Source of the DNA: Dicyema japonicum
Taxonomy: Eukaryota; Animalia; Dicyemida
Length of the DNA stretch: 64,000 nt
Reading direction: 5' to 3'
NCBI GenBank assembly: GCA_011109175.1
Contig: RDEW01000043.1
Location: forward strand, 404,076 to 468,075
The notes under the pieces were generated by a model, which was not told the origin of the DNA, did not search any database, and saw only the letters and a list, made by a program, of their open reading frames with translations. The position numbers and the translations under genes were made by a program. Shown piece after piece: positions 48,541 through 62,425 of the stretch (position 1 is its first letter; the number at the start of each line of letters is the position of its first letter).

Positions 48541-49760
48541 AAGGACTTGCCAGAATCCTTATCGTGTACCACAATGTCCGGTTTATTGTGCTTGACTACC
48601 ACCGAGGTACAGATAACACTGTCTACCTTATTTTGGACCCTAGTGTTCTCTACTACAGATTGTACCTTATGAGTCCGCAACTTTCTGGTGTGGCGAATAC
48701 TATACTTATTGCATAGTAGAAGATGAAGACTCCTTACTACCTCGTTATGCCTCCACACATAGTCGTGGCAGAGCATGGATCCGCACCTAGTGGCTAAATG
48801 ATCAACCGACATGCTCCTTGATTTACAGTAGGGACATGTATTTGTTGATTGACCCCAAAAAATATTGTGGTCTTGAATATACGTGTACACCGCCTCCGAT
48901 CGAGGTGAGTTGTCACCGTATTTTAGCCATATTGTCGACAACTTAAGGTCGACATGTGGATTATCTAATGCTCTGAAGAGGACCTTGTGAAAGTTTTTTA
49001 AGTTGATCTTTTCCATCAAATTATTATATCGCAACTCGATCAACGCCTTCACATTTACTAGCCCATTATCCTCAACGCACCATACTTAGAAGACAAAAAA
49101 GGTCTGATAGTGCCTAGGTAAATTGCCCGTGTTTTTCGGTCGTTATTATGGCGTGCTTCCTACAGACACACTTGACCTAGCTATCAGGGTGTCGTGCATT
49201 CGCATTAAGGATGCGCTCACTTAGTTGGGCTACTCCACACAGTCCACGGCAGAATTGATCACGGGGTAAAAATAGTATTTCTTATTGGCTGCCAGCACAT
49301 GAACATGGTTCTCTCTGAGCACTCCACGGATCATAACATCCATCTCATCATACTCTTTGGGCACAATGTCCACAACACCTATGTAGTAGTTTAGCAGCGA
49401 GACAGCATACTCATTCAATGCTAGGTACAAATTCCTTGCATTTAGAGACGTCTTACATAATAACGCAGCTCTTTAGCGAATGCTTTTAGTAATTTGTCGC
49501 TTCGTCTCAAACATTATAAAAGACTTTGGAGTTTCGGTAACACCCAGATACTTATATCCTTCGTGTTCCTCGAGGACTCTTACTAACTGGCTACATACTT
49601 GCGTGTTAGTCGCAGACTTTGAATAATTCAAATCTAGTCCTATAATCTCAAAGAATTCCCTGGCACAGACCCCCGTGGAACAGAGATCCTCGGATGTTCG
49701 AGCATACATCTTCAGGTCATCGATAAAAAGAAGGTGATTTGTACTGAAACAAACCCCTCC
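48541..49760 (-). mobile_element. R4/Dong-like RLE non-LTR fragment
   Basis: NHLLFIDDLK, YKYLG, CPYC..VDHLATRC, RHNEVV and HNKPDIVV. Confidence 0.85.
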
Positions 49761-51021
49761 AGTATGTGCGAAATTATATTTTGTTCAAACATTAAATTTA
49801 ATATTATTATTTTAATTTGATTAAAAATAATAAAATAAAACCATAGTAATAAAATGACAAACGAAGAGACTTATAAATGGAAAAATGACTATTTGATAGA
49901 TGGCGATAATCTGAATAAGAAACCATTGCACAATCCCCCAGAGTCTATGGAGGACTATTATTTAGCCACCCAAACAATATCGGAGCACTGAACGAACATC
50001 AACAGAGGGAACTTAACATTCATAAAGTGGCAATTTTTATCCACTTTAGATTAAACTTCGTGCTGATAACGAACACTATCTCAGATCAAACCCGATGTTA
50101 TAAAATTCTGAGTGAATTCTTACAGTAATTAAATAATTGAAAATTTAACAGGGAATCATTTCTAACTCAACCTGAAGATCCCTACAGCATGCAAAGGGTA
50201 AACCAAAGTTTTTTTAAATTTTAGAATTCTTCAGCAAAGAGAATCTTGATAAGTATGAATAATAATAGTGTTACCAATTATTATTTTAAATTATTAATTA
50301 TAATTATTAATAAAGAAAATTAATTAATTAAAAATCAATTTTCACGACTAGGTCTCCATTAATGAGCACTCAAAAGAAGTTACCACTCATGATCGTGAGC
50401 CCATTGTTCTTGATTTTTTTGAGTTGGAAGATGGCTGATAAGTTATCCGATGTTGATTGATTAAGGTGTGATTCTTGAGTAGGGTACCGGGGCCTTCATT
50501 CTTTTCATATTTTAGCAGAAATCGTAGTGTATTCAGGGAAAGTACAAATTGGGTGCCTAGAATTGAGTTTAGTTTTTTGAAAAAGCTATATCCACAGAAT
50601 TGTGGAAAGTGCAACGTAGTGCGGTGATTTTTGTCTGAATTCCGTTAATGTTAATTCAAGTGATATTGCGGTTCTACGTGATTGCAGAAGAGAGAAGACG
50701 ACACTACCTTTAAGTGGTTAATTGTTCGGAAGGTTGAAATGATGACGTAAGCAAAAAATGTCAACTTAGTTTCATGATTGATAAGGGCCTTGTTTTGCTT
50801 CTCGTGAGTATGGATGAGGTGACGGATTCATGAAAAATCTGAAACTCAAGTTTTTGAACAGCGTCGGATGCACGTAAGATTCGGGCGAAAATTGAAAGAG
50901 TGAAGGATCATCTGTCGAAAGCTCTAAATGGTAGTAAAATGCCGCGTGGTTCACCTGTATGATGGTGTTGTGCATCACATGATGTTGAAAAGAACTACAC
51001 TTTCCCTATCCTTATCTATAA

Positions 51022-51084
51022 AAAGGATGGTTTTCCAGGTACGCTCTAATTTTGTGTGGTGACGTCGAATCCAACCCAGGCCCT
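51022..51084 (+). other. 2A-like ribosome-skipping (StopGo) sequence KGWFSRYALILCGDVESNPG|P
   Basis: Exact D-V-E-x-N-P-G-P consensus in frame with the APE start. Confidence 0.9.
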
Positions 51085-53227
51085 GAAATCAACCTGGTCC
51101 AGATCAATATCAACGGAATACGAAACAAGGTGCTGGAAGTCCGCCACTTACTCAATAGTAATGAAGTTGACATTGCTCTAGTCCAAGAGACAAAACTACA
51201 ACCAAACATACAAACCCAACCTTTCCCGGGTACTCCATTATCCGTAAAGACAGAAGGTTAAGCTTGGTGGAGGACTAATGACACTAATAAGAAATGGAAT
51301 TCAATATGAAGATGTTTCAAACAAAATCAGAAAACTCTATCCAGAAGATGACCCTTTGGAACTAATTGGCAGAATTCCTAGGAAAACTATAAATATTGTC
51401 AATGTATATATTCCCCCTACTACATCTGTCCAAGTGGGTACTACCCTAACCTACAGATTTTCTCAAACCTCAAAAACGTAATACTATGCGGTGACATCAA
51501 TGCCAAACATCAATTATGGTATGAAGGCCAGAAACCAGACAGTAGAGGAAACCTACTGGCCAGAAACTTGGGACAATTTTGTTTACTGAATAACACCATA
51601 AACAATACAAGAACACCTACTCGAAAAGGAGACAAACCTACATCCCCTGACCTCTCCTTATGTTCCCCATCAATGTTTCCCCTCATCAACTGGACTGTAA
51701 AATATGAACTAAGAAGTGATCACAACCCTATTATGATGAAAATCAACACTGAAAATAAATTTATCAGACAGAATTCCACTTTTTTAAATTTCGAAAGCGC
51801 GGATTGGTCCAACTTCTCTAATTACATCGACACCAATATGGAAGTATTTTACACATTGGTATTCTCATCAATTGACCACATGATCAAAACTTTCACGGAC
51901 ATTATACTCCAAGCAAGAAAACTATTTATTCCAATGGGATGTTATCAAACAAGGAATACTTATTATAATACACATACAAAAACACATATCAGAGAAAGAA
52001 ATAAATTAAAGAGGCAAAAGGATTTATCAAATGATGATTTCCAAAAAATGAAAACTCTAAATATACAAATTAAATCAGTTACCCAATCGAGAATCAAAAT
52101 GCGATTGACATCACTTATTGATTCTCTATCGCCAAATACATCCGAGACGTTGATATAAAGGAAAATTAAATATTTGAGACGTTGCAATGAAGGCTCTGAG
52201 AAAGCCTTCCACGGACAGGGATGTAGCAACATCGACCCAAATATTTTAATGAAACACTATGTCGCAATCAGCCATAAAAATTTCTCGAGGGAACACAGAG
52301 TCTACAAGAAGAAGTTGTATCCATCATATGATTTGATTGTCTTTACTCCACAAGAAGTTCGAAACGCAATCATGGATGCCAAAAACTCCCGTTCCCGAGG
52401 TGCTGACAATGTCTCGATGATGGAACTGAAACACCTTGGTGAAAAAGCAACCAAATTCCTATCATACGTTTATACTATATCTGTGAACAATAATATGATA
52501 CCTTCTATATGGAAGAAATCCATAATTCTGCCAATTCGGAAGCCAAACAAACCTGCAAACGATCCCTCTTCTTATCGTCCAATTGCAATACTATGTGCAA
52601 TGTCCCGAATTTTAGAAAAATTAATCTTAACACGAATCAAAAATATTGTACCAAATCGAGTATTCCAGCATGGATTCCGTGAAAATCATTCTACTACGAC
52701 TCACTTAACAAAATTAACTCAATATATTTCTGATGGATTCTCTTATCCAAAACCACATAAAAGGACCATAATGGCTTCAATAGACTTGAAGAAAGCATTC
52801 GACTCCGTTTCCCGGACGCTGCTTATAGAGAAAATTTCTAACACTCTTATAAATCCAAACATTAAAAGATGGCTGTCGAACTTTTTAAGTGGAAGAAGAG
52901 GACAAGTGATGTCAGACAACAGAAAATCTAAATCCCGTTTATTGCCGAATGGTGTCCCTCAAGGTTCACCTCTCTCTCCCCTGCTCTTCAACCTGTACAC
53001 CAATGACCTTCCCACCAACGACGATCCCGATACATTAATACTCTCATACGCAGATGACATTGTTCTTTCGACGAGAGACTCTAACTATGAGAAGGCAGGG
53101 ATAAAACTTCAAAGTTATATTAGTATGCTGGAACATTGGCTCACATCAAATCGACTGGAAGTTTCTACAGGAAAGTCGTTTATAACAATTTTCTCTACAT
53201 ATAGAAGATCGTTATACTCTCCCAAAA
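51022..53227 (+). mobile_element. Ingi-like LINE with N-terminal 2A peptide, APE and RT; 3' end cut at the duplication junction
   Basis: GDVESNPGP, NINGI, VQETK, GDINAK, SPDLS, SDH, YRPIA, QHGFR, DLKKAFD, GVPQGS and YADD. Confidence 0.9.
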
Positions 53228-56225
53228 CCACTTACTGGCGAATCTAATGGACCCAACACGTTGTGGGAGATTCCTTTCAACTGCTGAGATTGACATCGCC
53301 TTGGAGAATTGTGCTGAACATTATGAATATGCTCTTCCGACTCTGATTAATTTCAGAGCAAAAGCTGATCCATTCAAACTGTACATGTTCGCTCCGAATT
53401 TATTGAGCAAAGTATAACCTATAGCTTGGTGGGAGTCGAACTCTTACCACCTTCTGAAGTAATTTCACTCTGCCAAAAAATTCTTGGAGTAGTTGCTTCC
53501 ACAGGTGGAATAACCGAATTTTTTCGACCTTTGGATTCTTACATTCAAATGTACGAAATAGGCTGGGAATTGAAAAAGCTGCCAAACTTGTCTTTGTTTA
53601 CAAGCTTTTAAATAAATAAATACGATTTCCATTGTTTTTATTTTATTTTAGTTGTTTTGAATAAAAATCATTTAATTCAAAATAATCTGATTTAAATTAA
53701 AAAATCCTGTTTAAATCAAAAAAATCAGATTTTTTATTTTTTATAAAAATCATGATTTTTAACAACCCTGATAAAAAGTTATAAATGCAACAAAGTCAAT
53801 TTTTTATTTTTACCGTCAACTTTTTATTTATTAATAATAAAAAAATTATAATAATAACACCAAAGACCACGGTTACACACTAACTAATCACGTGAATTAT
53901 AATATATTATAGCAATTTTTTAATATTGATATAATTTCAAACTGCACAAGTCTTCGGTTCTTGTTGACTGTTTTTTCTATAATGCCTAAAAATAAAATTT
54001 CCAACACTAAGCGAATTTCTTTTATTGTTAATAAATATCCTAAAGAGTTTTCATCTTCATTGGATAGAAAATTATATGCAAATTATGCATTCTTACGTAA
54101 CCGCTAACAAGCTATTATAATGATTCACACTCACCTGTTATTTTTTGGCAAAATTTGAAAGTGAAAGAGAGTTATCCAAAGTTGTGGACAGAAATAGCAC
54201 AATTGCTACTCTATTTTCCGACATCATACTGTGTTGAATCCGATTTAGCATTCTACATCGAATTGTAAATAAAGAACAAAATAGATTAGATGTGCCCATT
54301 AGAGATATTTGTTTAAAAATAACACAAATAAAGCCAGATATTGAATCTTTGGTCTAAAAACATCAGTCACAGGATCCCATTGGTATTTAATTTTTTTATT
54401 ATAGATTTATGCTAAGATACCAACTTAACATCGAGTATATACTTTTTTTGTTTGATTATTATTATTATTAAAAACCAAAAATCACCGACAAATTTGATTA
54501 TTAACATGAATTCATTTTAGATAGTTAACTTATTTTACTTAGAATTGTCTGTTCTAGATAAAAAAAGTTTTAAGGGGTCGATTAAATATTAGGGAAGTCG
54601 AAAAAAAGTCAATAGGTCGACAAGTAAAAAAAGGTTGAGAACCCCTGATCTAAACTACCAATTTCAACATTTGATCTCTCATTATTACTGGATTTCCCGG
54701 CAACATCGTGTTAAGTAGAGAGATCGTTTTCAATTCTTCATAAAATTTTAACGAAAGATAGAAATTTCCTACCTGAAAATGTTAAATATTATTTAATGTT
54801 GTGTTCTAATAAATAAATTTTTCATCTTAGTGCAACTTTATTACATATTAGGTCAACTTTTATTTTTTAGAGCAATTTAGTGACTTTTAAGGTCAATTTT
54901 TTACATTTTAAGAGCAATTTTCCGGTTGCCCTAGTTATAACATTCATCTGTTTCGGTTCCGTATTGTTGATTCGGGACTTAGCTTTCGCCTGGCCTCAAT
55001 TAGCACAGGGCATCCTCCATACCTGGCACCGTGTTTTGTTGATACGCAGTTAACGCACTTAGGTTCGAGACCCGGGTCCGCACTGAACTTTGAGGTTTCA
55101 TGCTTCCTGCATAACGAAAGCATTTCTTCTCCCGTGCACTGGTATGCAAAGTGACCGACCTGCTGATAGTTGTAGTAGATCGGCAGATTTTCTTCTCATC
55201 CACTCACAGGAGATCTTGTTCGTTCCAATGTAGAAGCCACAACGTATTAGCGATGTGGCCTCGATTTACTATTAATGAGGCCTTCGCCATTGGCATGGGC
55301 TGCGATCCTCTGGACATTCGGGTAACTTTTGTAGTCGAGGGAGCCATCTCCTAGAGGTAGTCCAAGAGGTCGTCCTCCTTCACCCAGAAAGATAGGGTCC
55401 TGAGGACAATCTCAGATGGTTTTGTTGAAAGTGTTCTGAATCGGTGGTTGTCCGGACCAAAGGGACAGATCTCATTCACGGCTCCATATAGGTGGTCATG
55501 TGGTGGTTGTCTCGGAAATCCAGTCGGAAGGAGCCCGATCCTCTGTGGCTCATCCTCATACATCCGTACTGGTCATAGAGGTATAGAATGTTCGCGTTCC
55601 TTATCGCTGTCATCAATTGACTGTCACCAATAGAGACGAGTTGTCTGTGGGGTTAGCTTTCATGGGTTCGTTTGCTTGTTTGGCCATTTCTGTAGAGTCG
55701 AGTTTCATAGTTTCTTTGGCAAGTTTAGCAGCTTCTGTCTTGCACGGCGTTTTGTTGTCCATTGTGAAGGAATCAGCCATAGCACTTCCCAGAGGACGAG
55801 AAGAGGTGCTAGCTTTCATTGTTGCAACTTTCGTTGTCGCTCGTTTTCCTTTTCCTTTAGCAGCATTAGCATTATTTTAAAAGGCTTCTCATGGACATTA
55901 TCAATCCAATGGTTCCCGACTTCAACGATATCAACCGCATTCATGAAAACAAATCTTGCACTATAGGTTACTAAATTCCATGCTAACGTCTCCCATTCCT
56001 TTATATGGCAACCTGGTCTTTATCGAAGGGCCGATCGAGTAGATCGTATTAGCACGCTTGATCCATCCATTATCGCTTCTTACTACTGTTGCAGTAACTG
56101 AGTCATAGATAGTTTTGTTAGAGATCTCTAACGTGGTTTTAACTTCAATCGTCATTGGTTTGTTCTGTTTTAGCAACATTACTTAGCCCCAATTCTCAGT
56201 ATATTTTAAGCCAATTTAGACGTGG

Positions 56226-56532
56226 ATTATTATTATTAATCCCGGTTCACCGAGTAAGAAGTTGAGAGTTAACAACTAATTAAGTGTATCCAGTTTCCAT
56301 TGTCATATAAACAAAATCCTTCTATCTCATAAAAGTCCACCCAGAACCAGCATGAAAGGTAGAAGACGTCAATTCCTTATGGAAACCCCTCCAGTAGAGT
56401 TTGGGAGAGCAAATGATCCACTTTCGTGCCACCCTGTCACTGGGCGCCACCTGAGACAGGTGGATCACATGACGTCACTCTAGTAGAAAAGAAGAAAGGA
56501 GGAACAGACGAAACAAACAGAAATCTTCAATC
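56226..56532 (-). repeat. Duplicate copy of ~300-bp retroposon
   Basis: Paralog of 37278-37582. Confidence 0.85.
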
Positions 56533-58390
56533 AAACATGGAATCACGAAAACGTTGGTACCACACTACCTTATTCCCGTACTTATCACCTAGATGTCTGG
56601 TGACGTTGAACTAAACTTAGGTCCTGGTTCTGATAGCGGCCAGCCTTGACTGAAAGGAAATTCTAGCAGTTGTTAACTGCTTCTGTATTTAGAAAATTTG
56701 AAAAGTTAAAAATATGACTCATAAATAAAATTTGATAAAAGTACATTATTCTGCATAATAAATTAATCATGCTACCGACTAAGTTCTCACTTGGTCGGAA
56801 GGTCGATGAGGCGATGTTGGACAGAATTTTCGTATGAAAGCACTTGTTTTCCTCCCGTAAACCTAGACGAAGTGACGGACTCAGGAGACATTGAACAAAG
56901 AAAGCCTGGTCCACATAAGGTCGGGGTTCTAATCTCGTCCGGCTAAAATTAAAAGAATTTGGAAAATCAGTAGCAAGCATGTATGATCAGTAGCAAGCAT
57001 GTACAATTTATTATAACACAAAAACTAACAGTTAGCAACTGCTGGCTGCTCTCATAATTGAAAAAGGCATTTCCCCTTATGATTTGCAAGGAAATGCGCT
57101 CAATGAGCCAGCTTCTTTCTCATCTACCCTACTAAACAGGATCGGCTAGCTCATCGCGAAGAAAAACGATAGGAGAGAAAGGAGCTGGCATGTAATGATG
57201 ATAATTAATATGATTGCTAGTAATAGTAATAGATTTGGCATCATGATGATGTTGATTATGTCGAGAGGAAAATGCTTCGATTAAGTCCCGGGGATAAGCA
57301 ATTATAACTCGTCTCACCGTGAGATACTCATTATTTGAGAATTGTAGATAAAGTAACGATTATGCATAAAGATTTCAAAATGTTTACAAAAGAAAGTCAT
57401 AGCCCAAGACGGCCGTCAAAGTATGAAGGTTGAATTACTGAAAGTTCATTTACATTACCATTATGGATTCATAAGTTAAATGAAAACGAAAATTTCTACA
57501 ATAAAGAAAACCATGAATGTACACACGTGCTCAACGTATCCAAGGCAACCTCACATTAAATTCTAATTAGTTTATTGGTATTTTGACTTTTTAACCATTT
57601 AATTATTGATTGAGGCCTGAATCTTCAGATCACAAATGTTTTTGTTGTTCTTCAGTGCTCTTTTTACGACCTTAATATCACTGTCAAGAACATCAGGAAT
57701 CGTCGTTTGTTTATGAAATCTTTCTCAGATACTTTGGCTAGTTCATAAAATGTGGCCACCCTCTGTGCTCTGGGGAATCTTTCTAATGTTTAATTATGAC
57801 AACCTCAGTCCAAAAATGGATGGAAATTATCTTCTGTATAATGAGTTGAGTCTCTTCCCTTCGAGTTTTGAAATTCCCCACGTGGCCGAATTTTAGGCGA
57901 GGATCAGCTTCACAAAGGGGTCATACAGTCGGACTCCCAAGTAATCGCTATAAACTAGAGTTAACCAAATATTGGTAACTCAATAATATGGAAAAGCAAC
58001 TATTTTAGTATGGATTTTCCATTTGTGACAGAACCAAAATAAATGTTAAAACTAAAAAATAAGACGTTAAGAGAAAAGATGGAAGTAACAATCATGGGAT
58101 TTACTAAGAAAAGTATCTGACATAGGATTCCATGTGTATACATTCTCATTAGAAATAAGTTACCTAAGAGCTCTAAGGGAAAAAAATATCGCTTCATATC
58201 TTTTTGCCATGTGGACTCAATAGCCCCAGCAAACCATGAACCATAGAAAAGGAAAATGATCTTGTCAGAAAAAGGAGAACTAATGGCAAAACAACAGGTG
58301 CTCCAAAGACTGAGAGGTCACAGTCAATCTATCTAACAGTTACTAGAAATTGAATAAAAGACACATATATAAACCAAAAAGTGAAACTAA

Positions 58391-59555
58391 CTAGTCACAA
58401 ACTACAGGTGAAGTCTCAGGTTCATTATCCTCCCTATTATTTCCTTCCTCAACAGAAGGATGCAAAGGGTCACTTACAACTTCATCCTTCTGTTCTTCAG
58501 TCTCTTCTGACTTCACCACCGGTCCAATGGCGAATTCCGTGCTGTCGATGACCTGAGATCTCCTCTCACCAATAATCCCTACAAATAACCAATAAAACAA
58601 CCGTCGACAACATTAGCCGTAGCTTCAAGACGACGTGAAGACTCCTCGTTCATTACCTTAGGCTTATAAAATATATGGGGTTGAGCTTCTGTTCTGATGT
58701 GGTACCGCAGATTCATTGTGGCCTTCTCCCACTCTTTGTGCTACAAACTAACAACTCCCAGTACATCTGTGATTGTCGATAGTTTTCTCTGCATTAGGTT
58801 CAGTCTCTGCTGTTTTTCCGTTCTTTGGGTAATCAGTTCATGGATTCTGTTTTGAGTCTCTTGTTTCTCTTCTGTCTGTCGCATCTCCACCTGCATTTCC
58901 AGTTCTTGTCGACGGATAGCCTGGGATCACACACAAAGAAAACCTCAGGTCTCTTCATTAGGTCGTCCTCGTCCTTCTTAAAGTCCCTGAGTTTGTTCAA
59001 CAGAGCTCCAAACATTCGTTTATTCCTGAAAATCACGAAATCACGAGAACCTGAGTTTCTCGGTATTCGACGATTTGTGTAGTCCCGGGTTGGTTATCTC
59101 CTTGTGAGAAAGGGGTTCTCGGACAACTTCCACAACAGAGGACTGAATTGCCGGCTAAAAAAATGAGGACAAAACTACCCGTTTATTGTGATCCTCGTGG
59201 TCTGAGAACCAGTCATCCTCATTTTCTGACTCCGGATAGTCTTGCAGACTAAATCATGGCTATAAGGGAAAACTTGGACTGAACTTTCCGTTTATAAGAG
59301 GAATCGGCCTGATTTTGGTTCCTGAAATCTCTGTCGTTTTGCCATCGCCCTCGATTCCGGTCGAAAGGTTGTCTAAACATGAGAATAATCAAAAAACAGT
59401 AAAAGCAAGGTAATTAATAAAAACCTGTTGAATGCTGAAGGACCACCAATTTTTCTGATGTCATAGTCCACGTTTCTAAGATCCCCCCTAGTTTTGACGA
59501 TTTGCTCGTTTAACAAGTCAATGACCTTTTCTGTGTTATTCTGAATAACATTCAT
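58391..59555 (-). CDS. PNN: Pinin, second copy
   Basis: Same exon structure as 39444-40608, with only a few substitutions. Confidence 0.88.
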
Positions 59556-59806
59556 ACTTTGACTAAATTGTAATAATGTTAAAATTATTAGCTAATTTTA
59601 AAGCGACAATATAAGCGTAAATAAATCAAACGAAAAAGAAAGAACACAAGAACACCACAAAAAGCGTTGTAAATAAATTGATCAAAATATTTATTAATTT
59701 TATAAATTATTAATTTTTATAATTAAATTTTTATAGTCAAATTGTTTTCCCTGTGAGTATTATTGCTTTTGCTTTATTTTTACAATCACGTTAAAAATAG
59801 ATTACA

Positions 59807-61198
59807 ATGTCTTTACTCCGACTTTTCAAACCCAGATTAGCCAGACTAAACAAGTTTGTCCTACTACGGCCATTTCAGCTGTCCAAATCCCTCTCCACTG
59901 TGAAGGATAAGAGCAAGAAGGATCCTTTTTTGTACACTGACAACAACTATGTGACCCAGTACGTGCTATGAACGAGTATCTCCTTAAAATGGAAGAGCTT
60001 GACCAACTACAGAAGTTTTACAGACGTAATCCCTACGACCAGTCATATCCCTTCATCGTCTACCTGCGGCACGATGTCGAAAACTTGGCCATACAGAAAT
60101 TCGGATCATACGAAAAGTTAACTATTGAAAGCTCAAAACACAAGTTTCTCCCGAATAAGTCAAAAACTGTCACTTTCTATGACTTTTTGAAGTCCGGAAG
60201 TGGAAAAGTCGTGACAATGGCTATTTTTGTGAATTCTGTAAACTTTATCTTCAAATCTGCCTCATATTATTATTGTGGGTCTCACTCAATGTTCGCCGAA
60301 GCCGTCCATTCCCTCGTGGATACACTGAATCAGTTAGTATTGGCCATTGGACTCCATCATGCCATGAAAAAACCTGATTTTTCACATCCTTATGGGTATA
60401 CTAACCTTCGTCACATCTCTTCCCTGATTGGCGGAGTGGGGATTCTGTTTTTCGGTACTGGACTGACTCTTTATAACGGACTTTTGGGACTCCTTCACCC
60501 AGAGTCTCCGACTGATATGGTGTGGGCTATGACTGTCCTCGTTGGCTCCTTCCTCTCTGAGTTTTCTTCGTTTGCTGTGGCTTACCGTGAAATCCGACAG
60601 TCTTCGAGAAACAGAAATATCTCATTCAAAGACTATGTAATGATGGGGATTGATCCGAACGTCACAGTGGTCTTACTGGAGGACATTGCGGGGATTGGTG
60701 GTGTCTGTATTGCTGGGATTTGCATACTCTGTTCCCACGTGACCACAAGTATTCTGCCTGATATTATTGGGTGTGTCACAATTTCAATGCTGCTCAGTGC
60801 TGTGGGGATTTTTATTGTCCGACAGAATGCGGAACTTTTGATGGAAAATCGGTACCTTTGAAGGTTTACAGACATCTTCGGAACGATTTGGAGAATGACC
60901 GAGTTATCCGTGCAATTCACGACATCAAAGCAATCGAATGTGGGGAGAATAATATTCATTTCAAAGCCGAAGTTGATTTCGACGGATATCAAATTACGGA
61001 TATTTATTTAAAGTCCACGGATTTGGAAAAGACTTTACATGAAACCAAGGATATTGACACCACTGATGAGCTCAGAGCATTTCTGTTGTTTCATGGAAGA
61101 ATTCCATCGACCAACTCGGACAAGAGGTGGATAGAGTTGAGAAGATGCTAAAGGCAAAACACCCAAATCTTAGGCACGTTGATCTGGAGGTACTTTAA
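59807..61198 (+). pseudogene. SLC30A9: SLC30A9 second copy with three 1-nt deletions (pseudogene or sequencing error)
   Basis: Deletions in homopolymers at ~59955 (CCCC>CCC), ~60844 (GGG>GG) and ~61098 (AAA>AA); otherwise nearly identical to copy A. Confidence 0.7.
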
Positions 61199-62425
61199 CG
61201 AAATATATTTTTCTAATAAACTGTGATTTATGTATTTTTATATTTAATTTTATTCGGACTTTAATATATTGTATCCCTTCTACAAGGTCAGAGATAATCC
61301 TCAAGGACCAGTGGAAACTGTTTTGACATGTTCTGCGCTTAGACACTTCAACTCCACCAAATACGCGATGGGGAATTACTTCATGCCACCAATTACTAAA
61401 AAATATCGAGAAGACCAGGAACAACCATACCAACTGTGCTAAACGATGAAGATAAAATGGAACTGCTAACCTCAGAAGATCTGGAGACTCTTCGTAGGAA
61501 GGGGTATGGAGGAAGTTAGTTAGTTGGATCTGCGAAAGCACTGCATAAGTTAAATACTATTATTTTTTGAACAGTTTAATAAATTAATGTTATTCGTGCT
61601 TACAGGGTTTTCAAGTCTGAGTGAGAACATTTTCACATCATTGAAATATATCACATCAATCCGAGAATTTTTAACATCACTGTGAAACTATCACATCAAC
61701 GAGAAACAAAAAAAAACCATAATCAGAGTCTACTCATTCGTAGGTTTAAATCCTTTACTTTTTTTCCATTTTGAAAACATGTTTTCTATTGGGTTCAGCA
61801 TGGGCGAATATGGCGGAAGGAATTTCAGTGGATTTTTATTAATCAGCAATTTTATTTTGTGAATTGCTGCTTTGTCACATATGACTAAAATATTAGTCAG
61901 ACTTAATTGAAATAATCAAAAGCGTCACTTATGTATCCCACAAACTTCCAGAATTATATGGCTTAGTTTAAATTTTGTAAAAATTTATTCCTAACTGTTC
62001 TTAGTTGAATACCAAGATTTTTAGAAATATGTTTGACTTAACCATTGCTGTACGTGCTAATGATAACTTGTCTATGTTTATCTGACATTATCAAAATCAC
62101 GTGGCAAGTAAGTGTGATCAATTCTTGCCTAAATATTAAAAAATTGATGGATTCTAGCAGTTATGTTAAAATTTTACCCCATCTCCCAAACCTGGATCTT
62201 AGCATCTATAATTTCCGCATATCAGTCTTGGACTTGATTTGTGGGAAGAAAAGTGGTTGTTAGATTATTAACAATATTCATATCAACTATCTGATTCTGA
62301 CATATGATACTCCAAGCCACTTCAGTTCTGGTCGCATGGGATTCGTATCAGAATCCTACGTGCATCTGACACTTCATTTGTTAAGAACTTCGGGTTTCCG
62401 ATGTCTTCTGAATCCCTCATTTCAT

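Noticed and set aside
49850-50060. Possible piggyBac-like transposase remnant
   Set aside because: Too decayed; no TTAA/TIR or catalytic motif identifiable
59807-61198. Programmed frameshifting in SLC30A9 copy B
   Set aside because: All three losses are in homopolymers and copy A is intact, so error or decay is far simpler
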